From Hormiphora californensis (Eukaryota > Animalia > Ctenophora), in the NCBI GenBank assembly GCA_020137815.1, contig CM035351.1, forward strand, positions 3,844,001-3,908,000: a stretch of 64,000 nucleotides of DNA, read 5' to 3'. Both the position numbers and the translations under genes were made by a program. The notes beneath the pieces are model-generated. The model saw only the letters and a program-made list of their open reading frames with translations. It did no database searches and was not told where the DNA came from. This document shows, one piece after another, positions 28,996-42,100 of the stretch; the first letter of the stretch is position 1, and each line of letters begins with the position of its first letter.

Positions 28996-29305
28996 ATGTC
29001 TTCTGCATTTCACGATGAAGCTCTCCGCAAGGCTCGGTGCATGGAACGTAAAACAGCTGGCCTAGTGGAGGCAGCAGTAGCTCCAGTGGTAAAGGCAGCA
29101 CCCGCCCCACTACCGGAGAAAGAGTATCTGCAGTTCTTGGAGCAGGAAAACAAACAGAAATGCAAAATAAGGTTGGTGTTGTAACTCTGAATTCTGAAAA
29201 CTTCTAAATCAATTGAATTTTGCAAGTTTTGTTGTTGAATCACTCCGTTCTCAACAATGATGCTTCCCCAGGTTTTCGTCCGTGAACTATGCTCAACAGT
29301 GGTGA
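28996..29305 (+). CDS. Unknown 69-aa microprotein; exons 28996-29171 and 29272-29305
   Basis: ATG in AAACCATG context after an acceptor AG; phase-2 GT-AG intron gives MSSAFHDEALRKARCMERKTAGLVEAAVAPVVKAAPAPLPEKEYLQFLEQENKQKCKIRFSSVNYAQQW; no family recognised. Confidence 0.62.
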
Positions 29306-29524
29306 TACCAAAGCTGTAGGCAACGATTGTAGTTTCAATTTCGTGCTAGGGATTTTTTATAATCAAGTAATATTATCTTTGATAGAGAATTGTGTATTTA
29401 AAATCGATTTTACAAATTTCAAACCATTACAATAGTTTCATTACAAAATGATGTACCCATACCCCTGTCCTTAAATTATTGCCTCTGTTTAATTTCATTC
29501 TCCCTTACATTAGTGCCGAATGTA

Positions 29525-31679
29525 ATGGCACAGTATGTGCTTGCAGGCATAGCCCAGTGTCCCAACTATGCCAGAGCTGAAATTTTAGCAGACAAACTCT
29601 CCATCAATCTTCCAGATTTCAAGGTCAGTATGGTAGCTTAATTATGCCAGGTTACTTCTAATTCGTTTCAATTAGTTTCTAACATCCCCTAACCCCACCA
29701 GGTCCATAAAATAGTGCTATCAGAATCCCAATGGAAAGACTGGCTAAACAAGACATGCTCAACCCAGGGCTGGTCTCATGGCGAGTCGCCCCTGATATGG
29801 CGAGAGCTGGTTGACCGGGGTGGGGCTGGGACCTACCTGGGAGGGTGGAAGGAATTTAGTGACATGGCGGGCCACTGGTACAACTATTCAGACACGCTAG
29901 AAAGTGGTAAGGTGACTGAGATTTGTGGGGAGAACAAGGCAAGTCATGAGGCCAGTGTTGCTAGTTCTGTAAAACCCGCTGTGACAAAGACTACTATAGC
30001 GGTCGTTGGGGCGACTCTCCCCCTCGCTTACTCAACACTACCCCTCCTTCTGGGATCTTGTTTTGAGGAACATAACCTGGTCCTGGCCCTACAGGGTGAT
30101 AACAGCGGTGTACTTGAAGGTAACTACCATTTTCCATGTTTGTATTTTAACAGGCACCCTGTTTTGTCTGACTTAGCTCTACCACCTACCATCTCTCTAT
30201 TTTGTAAAAGAAGGATTAGAACATTTTAATCCCCTCAATTACAGGTATCAAGATGGAGCTAGAGGATTGTGCTTTTCCTGAACTGCACGAGATCACAACC
30301 ACCCAAAGTGTCGGATCTGCAGTGGCTACTGCTGATTTCATTCTAGTTCTAGACCCCCTGGACACATCCTCCCACCCTAACAAGTTCCAGTTAATAAAAG
30401 CTGTAAACCTGTTCTACAAGTCTTTAGCTGAGGACTTGAAGGGCAAGATGAAAGCAAATGCTCAGGTAAGCAGGTTTTACAGACTGCCTCTTTGACGTTC
30501 GTCCCTATTTGTCACTTCCAAACTTCTCTAAAAACCTGTCTAAAAAAGTGTCTAAATCTTGTCCCATTTCCGTCAGGTGATAATCTCAGGTTACAAGTCC
30601 AACCTTGGTGGCATGCTATTACGTCACTATGGGGCCACATGGGGGTACCATAACAACAGTCCTAAACCAAGATGAGCAACTAATGAGGTCCATACTTGCC
30701 CTAAAACTAAACGTTCTACCCTCTGATATTGTGGATGTTGCTGTGTGGGGAAACGTCCCTGTATACGATCCGGCTAGTGCAGGTTATGGCTACTGTTTGT
30801 AATCATGTTGGGGCTATAACTGGACCTCCAAACTACCAGAAAACTGTGGCCTGTTGCTTTGAATGAGGCTGCTTGGGAAGATAAAAACGTGCCTAGTAGG
30901 GACACACGAGATAAGCAAATATCGGAGTTGTCAGGAAAACCACCCTGTTCTATCATCCGCTTTGGCGATATTCCGACATATCTCAGCGCTGGCTAGCGGC
31001 TGTGTATCGAGTACGATGGGAATTGTGAGCGAGGGACAGTGTGGGACGACAGGCTGGAAGTGTCTTTGGGTTCCCAGTCACTGTGTCTGGAGAGGGTGTT
31101 GTGACTGTGAAGGAGTACGGGGAGTTGCCAGAGACGATAAAACAACTCGTCTCCTTGCAGGATAATATGCTGCTTGTAGAGAAAAAGGTGAGAGAGAGTA
31201 GAGAGTGGTACATTTTATGAGCTTCATTGCTCATTAGAAAGCATCCAATATCATCAAGACTGCCAATAAATACCCCCGGCCCTTAGATGCCTGATGTCTC
31301 TATTGCATCTCTATTGCCCCCTCATATTGTCTTGGTCATGTTTCTATCCCCTTATTTTCCTATTTTGTTCACCAAGTCCGTTCACCAGGTTGCGTTGGGT
31401 GAGTGTGACGATTACGAAACGGCCATGCTGCACTGTGAAGCTGCACTTTGGTCAATCCTGGAGAGTCCAAAACTAAAACGAGAGCTAGAGGAGAGGGAAC
31501 TGACTAGATTAGCTGCTGAAGAAGCAGAGAGGAAGGCGGCTGAGGCAAGAGCAAAAGAAGAAGCTAAAAAGAAAGCTGAGGAGGAGGCTCTAAAGAAGGC
31601 TGAGGAAGAGGCAGCGGCAGCGTTAGCAGCGGAGGAGGCAGCACAGCAGTTAGAGGAAGATGAGGCAGATGAGGACTGA
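29525..31679 (+). CDS. MDH1B: Malate dehydrogenase 1B-like protein; exons 29525-29623, 29702-30119, 30245-30465, 30577-~31186, 31389-31679
   Basis: [37 protein letters not shown]...[13 protein letters not shown] matches the MDH1B N-terminus; [26 protein letters not shown] motifs; charged helical tail; frameshifts in exon 4. Confidence 0.9.
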
Positions 31680-31800
31680 GAATATGATGAATTGGGACTG
31701 ATAGTGTTTTTAGTTGTAAATACTCATTTGATGTTGCGTTTGTTAGTCAATTCAACCCCCTTTATAATTCTGGGAATTCATCTTATAGCACCTCACAACA

Positions 31801-31897
31801 CCCTAGTAACCCCCTAGTAACCCCCTCCTAGTAACACCCTAGTAACCCCCGTCCCCCTAGTAACACCCTAGTAACCCCCTAGTAACGCCCCAGTAAC
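31801..31897 (+). repeat. Tandem CCCTAGTAAC array (7 exact CTAGTAAC plus 1 variant) just upstream of the MYCBP acceptor
   Basis: Direct reading of the sequence. Confidence 0.9.
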
Positions 31898-31928
31898 CCC
31901 TAATCCTCTCTAGCTAAGAACCCAAACC

Positions 31929-32246
31929 ATGTCTGCTACCTACAAGACGTCTGAGTCCAAGAGGGAGGAATTCAGGAAGTATCTAGAGAAGGAGGGGGTT
32001 TTGGATAACCTGACCAAGATTCTAGTTTGCCTGTACGAAGAGCCAGAGAAGCCGATCAATGCCCTGGACTTTGTAAAGCACCATCTGAGTGGGGGAGCAG
32101 TTGAGAGCAGTGATGTTGAGAGCCTCCGATTGGACCTCCAGGAACTGCGAACAAAACACGAGTCTGTGGTGGCTGAAAACGAGGCGCTGAAAGAAAAGCT
32201 AAAGGAATACGAGGCACCCGCTGAGGAGAAGGAAGCCGAGAGTTAG
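31929..32246 (+). CDS. MYCBP: c-Myc-binding protein (AMY-1/FAP174 homolog), intronless, 105 aa
   Basis: YKTSESKREEFRKYLEKEGVLDNLTKILVCLYEEPEKPINALDFVKHHL is the conserved MYCBP core, followed by a coiled coil. Confidence 0.95.
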   Translation: MSATYKTSESKREEFRKYLEKEGVLDNLTKILVCLYEEPEKPINALDFVKHHLSGGAVESSDVESLRLDLQELRTKHESVVAENEALKEKLKEYEAPAEEKEAES

Positions 32247-32470
32247 ACACTTTGTTCAGATAGAAAAACTGTATGATATTTCCCCGATTTATGAGATAAC
32301 ATGTGTGTGTAAAGTTTGCTGGTCGATATCTCTCTCTCAGAAAATACGTTAGAATGTTGCATGGCAAATGTTGTGTCCGCTGTGTGACAATCGATTGACA
32401 CAAAGACCGAGTATGTTCGTTGTAGCGCGCGGTGAATGTTGAACGGAGGATTGCGCGCGCGATCCTCCAA

Positions 32471-32484
32471 ATCTCCATAGCAAC
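32471..32484 (+). promoter_or_regulatory. Candidate RFX X-box (ATCTCCATAGCAAC) ~95 bp upstream of STYXL1 ATG
   Basis: Fits the RTHNYYWTRRNRAC X-box consensus at all positions; lies beside a CG-rich patch (GCGCGCGCG). Confidence 0.45.
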
Positions 32485-32579
32485 ATAGCATCGTGAACTG
32501 CTTGTTGTCAACAAACCTTCCCAATCCTTCCTCCATCGGATTTCTAAACCACTTCTAACATCTCTCCTATTTTCTAGCC

Positions 32580-33941
32580 ATGTCGGGTATACAACTGTGT
32601 GAGCCGACAGAGCTTTACAACATTCTCAATCAGACAGATCTCCAGGGACTGCCATGTATCGCAAACCGGACCTACCTTCTCTTGCTAGGTAACCAAAACA
32701 AACCGATAAACTCAAAAAGGTTTTTCTGATACTCTTTTTCACGGTTCTCGCATATTTTCAGATGTTCGAGAGTACAGCGCCTATGAGGAATCTCACATTC
32801 TCACATCGAGGTGAGTAACATGAAGCCTCCAGGTTCAAATTGAATGTTTATCACACGTAACCAAACCGACAGGCATTCCCCACAGTTGAGTGATGGTGGT
32901 GACTTCCAAATTCCTGTGGATGCGGAGGTAGAGACGAAACAGTATTGTGTAGTGTATGATAGCTGCACTGCGGATACTAACAACAAAGAGAGTGAGTCCC
33001 GCCCCTTTATATCACCAAAACACCTGACCATTTCGGGTGGGGGTGGGAGGGGGGTTGATCACCAATTCGTCCATTTGTAGCCCCCAGTTTCTATCATTGT
33101 TTTGACATCTTCTACCCGCCAGGTCCGGTTTATCAATGTGCTAAAATGCTCGGAGAGCTGACTTCCCGAAAATCTATCCTAATTCTAAAAGGAGGCTATG
33201 AGTCATTCTCTGCGTTGTACCCTTACCTAAAATCAATTCAGATATTCTACAGCCCTCGGGTAAGTCTGGAGACTAGAGATATAACTTTGCCCACTTGAGA
33301 TGTTAGCCCACAGTTCAATTTCCCTCTGTTGAGAGGGATGAAGAAGGGTTGGGTAGGCAACTTCAACTTTTATTTGTTTAAACTAGATGAATGTGAAATT
33401 GAGGTACCATCACCTCGCTAATTTGCCCCTTTTGATCCCCATTCCTCCCCCAGGAAATGGAATCCCTGCCTCTCTTTCCTCTTGAAGTGTTCCCTGGTAC
33501 TGTCTACATTGGAACATCCAAACAGGTCTCCAATGGATCCCTAATGAAGAGTCTTGCAGTTAAACATATCATCAATGCTTCCCCTGACACCCCCGTTAGG
33601 TACATATTGTGTGTATAAGAACTTGAGTATTACCCACCCCCTACTCAACAAATAAAAACGGTTGATACTGAGATTTCGGATAGATCTCGGTATCTCCACT
33701 CGGCAGTAGGTAGTATACTGGCAAGTGGAGATATATCGAGATCTTCCTAATCGTGATAGTTGAAGTAATGAAGTGGTCATGTTCTGTGTATGACTTCATT
33801 GTGTGATTCCACTCCCGCCATTTCCACATGATGTATGGTGTGGGAACCCATACAACCCCAGATCCTTATCTTTGTACACGTGTACAATACTGTTATACAG
33901 AGACGCCGACTCTAAGAATAAACTTCACTATAACTAATCTA

Positions 33942-34000
<59 letters not shown>

Positions 34001-34574
34001 TCTGTCTCTATCTCTCACTCATTCTAAATCACTATATATATTCTCAGTGTCGAGGAAGCGATAAGTGTGAAGAACGTCACCATGGGAACTGACAGCCTGG
34101 CTCAATTCAGGGAGATCTCCCAGTTGATTGAGAACTATCGAGCCAAGAAGGAGCCAGTAGTACTTGTTAGTGATTTGGGTATCAGCAGGAGCATTGTACT
34201 GATCTTGGCATATCTCATCAAGAGGAATAAATGGACATTGGAGGTAAATACCGTCCAACTCCCATCCAGCCCCTTTAAACTAACCCTCCCCAATACACTC
34301 TGACCGCGGTTCTCGATTGCTGAGAATAGGTCAGGCCAATGCTCTGACAGCCCCCATACAAAAAGGAATAATATTTAGTAAATCAACATCGCTCCAATTT
34401 AAAAAAAAGGGGTTCTGACTAAACACTGACCTATTTCAGAAAGCGTGGAAAGTTGTAAAACATACCCAGAGCTACATCAGGCCAGAAATATCCTTCATGC
34501 GTCAATTGTCCGACTTCGAATTGGAAATCTGCGAAGAGAGAACCACAAACATCGCCGTCCCAAACTTGATGTAG
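32580..34574 (+). CDS. STYXL1: Serine/threonine/tyrosine-interacting-like protein 1 (rhodanese + pseudo-DSP); multi-exon
   Basis: MSGIQLCEPTELYNILNQ...LLLLDVR...YEESHILT, ILKGGYESFSALYPYL, degenerate signature VSDLGISRS (Ser for catalytic Cys), IRPEISFMRQLSDFE; last exon 34440-34574. Confidence 0.92.
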
Positions 34575-34758
34575 GGGAAACCTGAGGAGGGGATATAATG
34601 TGGGAATTATCTAGAGATAACTGATGAAGAATCCATGCAGTTAGGATAACAGGATGTTTGAATGCACTTGAAGATGAAAGAGAGACTGATTGAGTGAGGG
34701 GGATAAATTATGTGAATATTGGACTTTGAGAGAATTAAATAGAGACTGTAAAATAGCT

Positions 34759-34822
<64 letters not shown>

Positions 34823-34864
34823 CCCCTCTCTATCTCTCTCCCCCTCTCTCTATCTCTCTCTCTC

Positions 34865-34897
<33 letters not shown>

Positions 34898-34943
34898 CTC
34901 TCTCTTCTCTCTCTCTCTCTCTCTCTCCTCTCTCTCTCCTCTC

Positions 34944-34974
<31 letters not shown>

Positions 34975-35911
34975 TTCTCTCTCATTCTCTAGCTCTTGCT
35001 TTTCCATTGTATTACTAACCACTGGCATATAGATTGCATAAATATGAGATTTACCAGTGCAGTAATTTAGCCCTGGATCGAGCGTGAGAGGGATGACAGA
35101 GAGATAGACAGAGAGATAGAGAGATTAAAATAGAGATAGAAAGATAGAGAAGGTGAGAAAGAAAAGTTAGTTGTTGTCCGTGTGTCCATGCACCTGCTTC
35201 AGCTTTGTCTGCACCTGGCAGAGGAAGAAAATGTGTGAATTAGAGCTATAGTTCCCTATATTTATTTTGCTGTTTTAGAGCGAAGGGTCCTGGTTGTTCG
35301 CCTTGTACATGTATTGGCTGCATAGTTATTGGGCGATTGTACGTTTAGAGAATCTACCCAGCCAATAAATTGTGTGAACTCTTACAAACGGAGATTTTAT
35401 AAAGGGAAAAATTGATGTATAAATAGAACACAATATATATTTGCTGTTAGCAGTTCTCTTTAAATATCTCATTTCCATTCTCTCTCTGGTAAAATATAAA
35501 AGCTGAGGTTACCATGGAACTTTCTGGCGGCGCCAACCTGATCTTAGCACACTGTCTGGCGGCTCTAACCTAATCTGAACGCACTGTCGAATCGAAACAG
35601 AGTCGCCAGATAGGGTAGGAGAGCTGCTACAGGCACAGCTGCAGACGGTACTTTGCCTCATCTAAGACTATTTTCTAACTCGAATCTTTCACCTTCGATC
35701 AAAAATCATATTTTCGTCGAAGTAAAACACCTGTCTGGCAGCGGCGACCTGATCTGAGGGCACTGTTTGAGAATCAAAATAGGGTCTGGCGCCGCCAAAC
35801 AGCAAAAAACCCAATGGGCGGGATTTTGGTGAATCTCTGTCTGGCGGCGTCAGACCCCTCAGATAGGGTCCGCGGCACCAGACAAATGAATCTCTAAGTT
35901 CTAACTAAAAT

Positions 35912-36017
35912 ACAGACAAACCTCGATTTACCGGAATCGCCGGGGGAATGATTTTGCACGCAGCACGGAATATCGAGGTTCCGTTAAATCACGGTCCTAT
36001 GAATCGAGGTTTGACTG
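35912..36017. mobile_element. Degenerate pogo-type MITE (CAG.CAAACCTCGATT...AATCGAGGTTTGACTG); relative at ~48744-48883
   Basis: Imperfect TIRs. Confidence 0.5.
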
Positions 36018-36541
36018 CAGTAGTAGCTTATATTTTAACTTACAATATAGCTTAACAAATAATATATCATAGCTCGGTAGAAAATTCTCTGGCCACGATC
36101 CTCAGATAGGATCATCGACCCTAATACATATAATCGATTGGAGCTCTAAATTTACGGTAGAATGGATAAAATGACAGTTTTTGACGGTTTTTACCCCAAT
36201 CGTAATTTAGAGGTAACAGAAGGTTAAATCTGTAATGTGGGCAATAGTTTCTACCGGGATACAGTGTACGGTCAGGTCCTTTAACCTGGGCATAATCAGG
36301 CAATATTAGAAAAACGTAGGGTTTGTAAATATAAATCTGGAGTCAGAAATTGGAAACGGGATATATATCTGTCACCGATCAATTTCACTCGAATTTCGAA
36401 AATTCTCTCTTCTTCGCCTTGTACAATTCCAGATATGTATAAGCAGTTCGGTATTGTGCTGCAAGTAGTGGAACGAGAGATATGAAATTGTTCAATGTAA
36501 TTGGATCACGTGTCAGTGTGTGTCGCTCCATTCCGCACCCT

Positions 36542-38896
36542 TCAACCGTTGTTGCAGAAGCTGTGGGGTCGACAGACACCGTCCCCAAGACACCTCACGT
36601 TCCCCGGTGGGCAGTCACCTAGTGGGGGGGTTACCATGGTTACCAAATAGTTGGGAATAGAGGGGAGTTACCATGGTTACCAAATATTTGAAAATGAAGG
36701 GGGTTGCCATGGTTACCAATTGGTTACACATTATGATTGGTTACACATATTTACACTGCAGGCTCGGTAATACACACTTACTTAAATGAAATGCGATAAC
36801 CTTGACCTCCGATAGCACCAGAGGGGCCTGTTCTTCTTGGTTGATAACAAATCGATCAATTGTAACTTTGGAGCCAACGAAATGTTCCCCATTCCTCGAT
36901 TTACAGACAACGTTAACAATGCCATTCCGGGCAGTACTGTAGTTAACTTTACCGCATTCCGTGTCCGCCCAGTTTCCCCTGCAGAGTGGGATAATGCTTG
37001 TTAGAAAATAAAAAGGCCTTCGTAATCTTACTCCTGGCATTTTCTCGCGATCAAGGAGTTCAAATTCAATATTAGAAAACAAAATGAAGAAACAGGATAA
37101 TTCAGATTTTAGAACTATAGAAGTGGCCGTGGAGGTACGGTGTGGATGAGTTTTATCCATGTCTTTGTGACGTGGTTTGTCGGATAGGAGAACTCAGAGT
37201 TAAGTAAATGAACTCGTGATGCTGCACCAGATGTCCCAGGCCATGACTCACTAAATAAACCGCGTTATGTGTGATATTTCATTCAACTCTGATATAACCA
37301 CCCCCTCCGCTTTGTTGTTGATATTGTTTTTCTCTGGGCAATGAGCAATATTAGCTCCAAAGCTGCTCTCTATGCAGCACAATATGGAGCGTATTGATTG
37401 CGCCACGACTAAAGTTATCAAATCAAGAGCGTGAGAGGGTGAGAGAGAGAGAGTGATGGAGAGGGAGATAGAGAGAGGGAGAGAGAGGGAGAGAGAGATG
37501 GATAGAGATAGAGAGAGAGACAGAAAGAAAAAGAGAGGGAGAGAGAAAGATAGAAGAAGATAGAGGGAGAGTTGAGTGGTCAGGGAGAAAATCACAATGT
37601 CAATACACATGTGCTACTTCTGCAAGTGCAGCAGGGATGGAGGGAGAGGGAGGGAGAGACAAAACAGGGAGAGAGAGAGAAAGAGAGAGAAAGAGGGAGA
37701 CTAAGAGAGCGAGAAAGAGAGGGGGGGGTGCCGTAAAAGTTACTCTTTGCTGGACTAGCTTACTTTACCTTAACATTAATAAATGTAAACCCTTTGTCAT
37801 GCCTTGAGAGCTCCCTTTTTGGATCCTTATCCATTTATACAATCCGAGTTATCAATGTACATGATGTACAATTCCAGTTCGATGTTTGGCAATTGACCCA
37901 TGATGTTATGTCATTGGATAAATCTTTTGACTTTTGCATTTGCCTTTGTCTAAAATGTACGCGATTGCCGGGCTCGGGCTGCTTTATATTCTTTGCTTTG
38001 GTTTGCTCCCTTAGAGTATTTCTATTTCGATTGTCGATATATCTTCCTCGGTTTCAATCACTCCCCTCCCTGATCCCTCTCTCTCTTTCTCTCCCTCCCT
38101 CTCCCCTCTCTTTCTCTCTAGTCTCTATTTTACTCTCTCTTTTTCTATCTATCTCTGCATCTGTCTCCCTCTTTCTATCCCTATGACTCTCTATTTATTT
38201 CCACTCTGCCAGGCTGCATTTAGTGTGTTAATAAATAGGATTAAAGAGCACAAAAGAGCACAAAGGACTCCAATTTAAAATCATTGTCATCCTGACCTGG
38301 ATCAGGGAGAGGCGCAAGCTAATAATGTACGCCTTAGCCGCTGAGTCAGCTGTAGAGAGAGAGGGGGATAGAAATGATAACCCGCGGCCTGTTTTGTTTC
38401 GTTTATCTCTTCTCAAGAATTAAGATACAGGTGAAACTGTAGTTGAAGTTCAATGTGTCTCAGTTGCAGGAGTCTAGTACTGGAACAAAGACTTTCTGTC
38501 AGTTTCAATAGAATACCATTAAAGAAATTGTATAAGACAATTGACGGCTCCGTTAATTTGCTTTTTATTGAACTTCCAGTTTATTTCACATTTATTTCTA
38601 CAATAGCCATGTGTGTTTGATTTCTAGAAATCAAACACACTAAATCATTAGACATGTGTAATCGTTATAACAGCTGTAGTTAAGTCACCATACTGTTGAC
38701 TGAAGACCATTTTTGCTGGTCTTGATCAGAGTTGTCACTGAACTCTCATCAGAATACATTTAGAGCTGTGTACGATTGTGGTCAAGGAACATTTAATATC
38801 GTGATGGTTTGACCTTCTCGACTTCCGTACATTAATCCGGGGTCTTCAGGCCAGAGGAAGACAATGGCAGAGAGAGCGAGGAGAGGAGAGCGGAGG

Positions 38897-38948
<52 letters not shown>

Positions 38949-38949
38949 C

Positions 38950-38988
<39 letters not shown>

Positions 38989-39037
38989 CGAAAGCGCGAT
39001 GGAGCGCGAGCGATCGCGAGCGAGCGGGAAGAGAGCG

Positions 39038-39123
<86 letters not shown>

Positions 39124-42100
39124 TCTCTCTCACACAGTCTCTCCCCATCTGTCTTTATAACTCCTTCTCTCTTAGGCTCTAGAGATCTCTGGGCTCTGAT
39201 TCAATATTTTTCCGGCTGCCAGTCTCATTTTCATTCTTAGTGTATTTGTCATGCTCTTCGGATTTAATTGTTTGAAGCTCAATCTGAATCAACAATCACT
39301 GTCACACTAAAAGTTCGATCGGTTAGACTTGTCTTTGCGAATGGTTTAATATCTAACAGGAACCCACCCATGCTCATTGAATTGTTCAACTTGCGCACAG
39401 GATATGATAACCTCAAGGACAAGCTTTGAACTTAAGAGCGGTAACTATCTTAAACTCCCTAGCTGGCAGCTGCACTTACTTGTCTCCAACGTGCACGGTT
39501 GCTCCAGTGATGGCCTCAGGTCTGTAAGTTGGGACAGTAGATGGATTTTCCTCTGGCACGTATATCTCAACTCTCTTGACGTCATACGCACGGTCCAATG
39601 TCACCGTCCACCAAGCTACGTAGCCCATTCTGAGGGTGGTGATATATTTTGAAAAGCTCTGCCTTATCCCGCGCTGCATGTGGCCAGCAACGTTTGCCAA
39701 TAATATATTCAGTGGGGAGGATGAAAATAGCTGTAATGGATCCGAGTTATAATTGGGACAAAGATAATGCTGGATGATGTTCAGAAGGGGTAGTATATAT
39801 CTTACCTAACCATACTGGAGTGATGGGGTGAAAGGGTTCGGTTTATGAATCCATCAGTAGCTAACTCTGCCCTGTAATCGTCTCCCCAAATCACCTGTCG
39901 CTGGGGTCCTTGTTTAGCAGGTCGGAGATGTGCTACGTTAACTAGAGGGGGAAGGGTTTAGTTGGAGATACATCTCTTGTCCTCGATCTATAGGTCTAAT
40001 ATATGCTTAGATAGGACCAACATATTATGCATGGACGTCATAGTCGCCACAGAACATAGGAATGCATTCTAAAAAACCGGTCTCTAGTAGATTTACCATC
40101 ATCAACAGTGCGTTGTAACTATTAGGTTGCCCAGTAAATATTTTCGTTTGGCTTTTATTGGGAAAATGGTTTGAGATAGAGCAAAATGGACTTCACCACA
40201 GTTTTTCTCACGCGATTTTGGATCGGAATATCATGCCTGATATCGGTATTTGGCTGTTCTCGGTTCCCACCAGGCTATTTACTCTACACCACTCTTGATG
40301 CTGCTGCATATGAAAAATCGCGATTTTCGAGTTTTAGCACTAAAGCTGCTGTACTTCCTAAAAATGGTACCTGAGTGATGTTTTGTTGCATCAAGCTTGT
40401 TCATTGGACAATTATCTATCGTTTAAGATGTAATAAAAGATTCTATCTTTATTTTGTCACTGAGCAATGGGCCTCCAAAAAGTTTTGGTCAAAATTAGAA
40501 ACTTTCAATTCCGGGTCTCACCAGGATTGGCTCATAATCAAAAACTCTGCAGTAAAAGATAGTTCTAAGTCAGTTCTACGACGTAGTGAACCCAATTATG
40601 TGATTGGTTGACTTAAAAAGTGAGTTATTGACGTTTTCGAACACACCCGTAAAACAGGCCAGATTTTTTTGCGCTTTTTCGATTTTTGATGTTACATTTA
40701 CTGTTCTAGTGGTTACTATCGAACGCGTAGAGACCCAAATCGCGTATACATTTTATCCTTGGACGATTTGCTATCGATTAAGCACCATTGGAGCTAAAAA
40801 GACTGTACCAGTTTTCTTAGGGAAGCGTTTAAAAAACTTTGGTGACCCCGTGCAGCGGCAACAACAGTGGGGTAGAGAAAATAGCTTGCTGGCACCCCAG
40901 AAAAACTATATACCGATATCAGGCATGATATTCCGATCCAAAATCGCGTGAAAAAAACTGTGGTGAAGTCCATTTTGCTCTATCTCAAACCATTTTCCTA
41001 ATAAACACCAAACGAAAATATTTACTGGACAACCTAATACAATAAAAACCTTCTTCTAGATCCTTCTAAATCTATTAGCGAAAGGACAACACTAAACGTG
41101 CTCAGAGACTGTCTGCCGGCGCCGACCCGATCTGAGCGCACTGTATCATAATCAAAACGGGGTCCGACACCGCCAGACAGCTCAGAGAGATCGCGGCTGC
41201 TTACCCTCAACAGTTTCATGAACGTCGTCCATATCTTCCTCAGCCCCCTCAACTACCTCGACCAGTGGGTAGTAGGGGTACTTTGTTATCTTGCACGAAT
41301 CCTGTTTCCGGTCTCGAGAGAGTCTGAGATACCCTTGCTCTCCCCAGTCTATCCCCCAGCTGCAGGAAAGTGAGAGTGAGGGAAAGGTTTTCTCTGCCCC
41401 AACATTTGTATCGCACCGACCCGATCAAAACAACGTCTAGCGCCGCCAGACAGCCCATTGATAGCTTGTATGTTACAAGGTCAGGTATAAAAAAGTCTGA
41501 AGTTGTACCTGTTTTTGATGGTCCAGTATTCCTTAGTAAACCCGGTAAGAACCACAGCATGGTTAATATTAGCGTGTTTCCTCGGACCTGGACAGCCAGT
41601 GAAGATACCCGAACGATACCCAAACATAGTCGAGGCATGGATGGCCACCGCCAGGACCCTAGTCCTCAGGGCTTCCTCAACTGCTGCTTGGTTATCTCGG
41701 ACTACTCTATACCCGGTTACCCTAGCATTCTTCATTCCGTCAGGCGGGAGGGTATCTCGGTTACACGTCGCATCTGTGGGGAGGTAATTTATTAGTGTGT
41801 TGAGTACAAACCGCAACTTCATGGTTTATTAAAAGGGAATGCATACAACTCCACTGCAGCACTATATCTATAATTGTTTATCAAAAGGGGCTCCACAACA
41901 ATGTAGAGATGAGAAACCTAGACTTAATATATTGCAACACCATATGTTAGCCCTATATCGTTTAGTTAGAGACATGAGAAACCTATAAGTGATATTGCTT
42001 CACTTATATGAGCCCTGCCCCTATAATAGCCTTCTTCGAGCAAGCCTTGTAGCTCCTAGCTATTTTTACCAAGCCTACTTCTAAACATCACATCCAGTAT

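Noticed and set aside
40186-40951. ORFs in the mariner-like element (and 52328-52654)
   Set aside because: Short, overlap TIRs, no DDD/E or HTH motifs.
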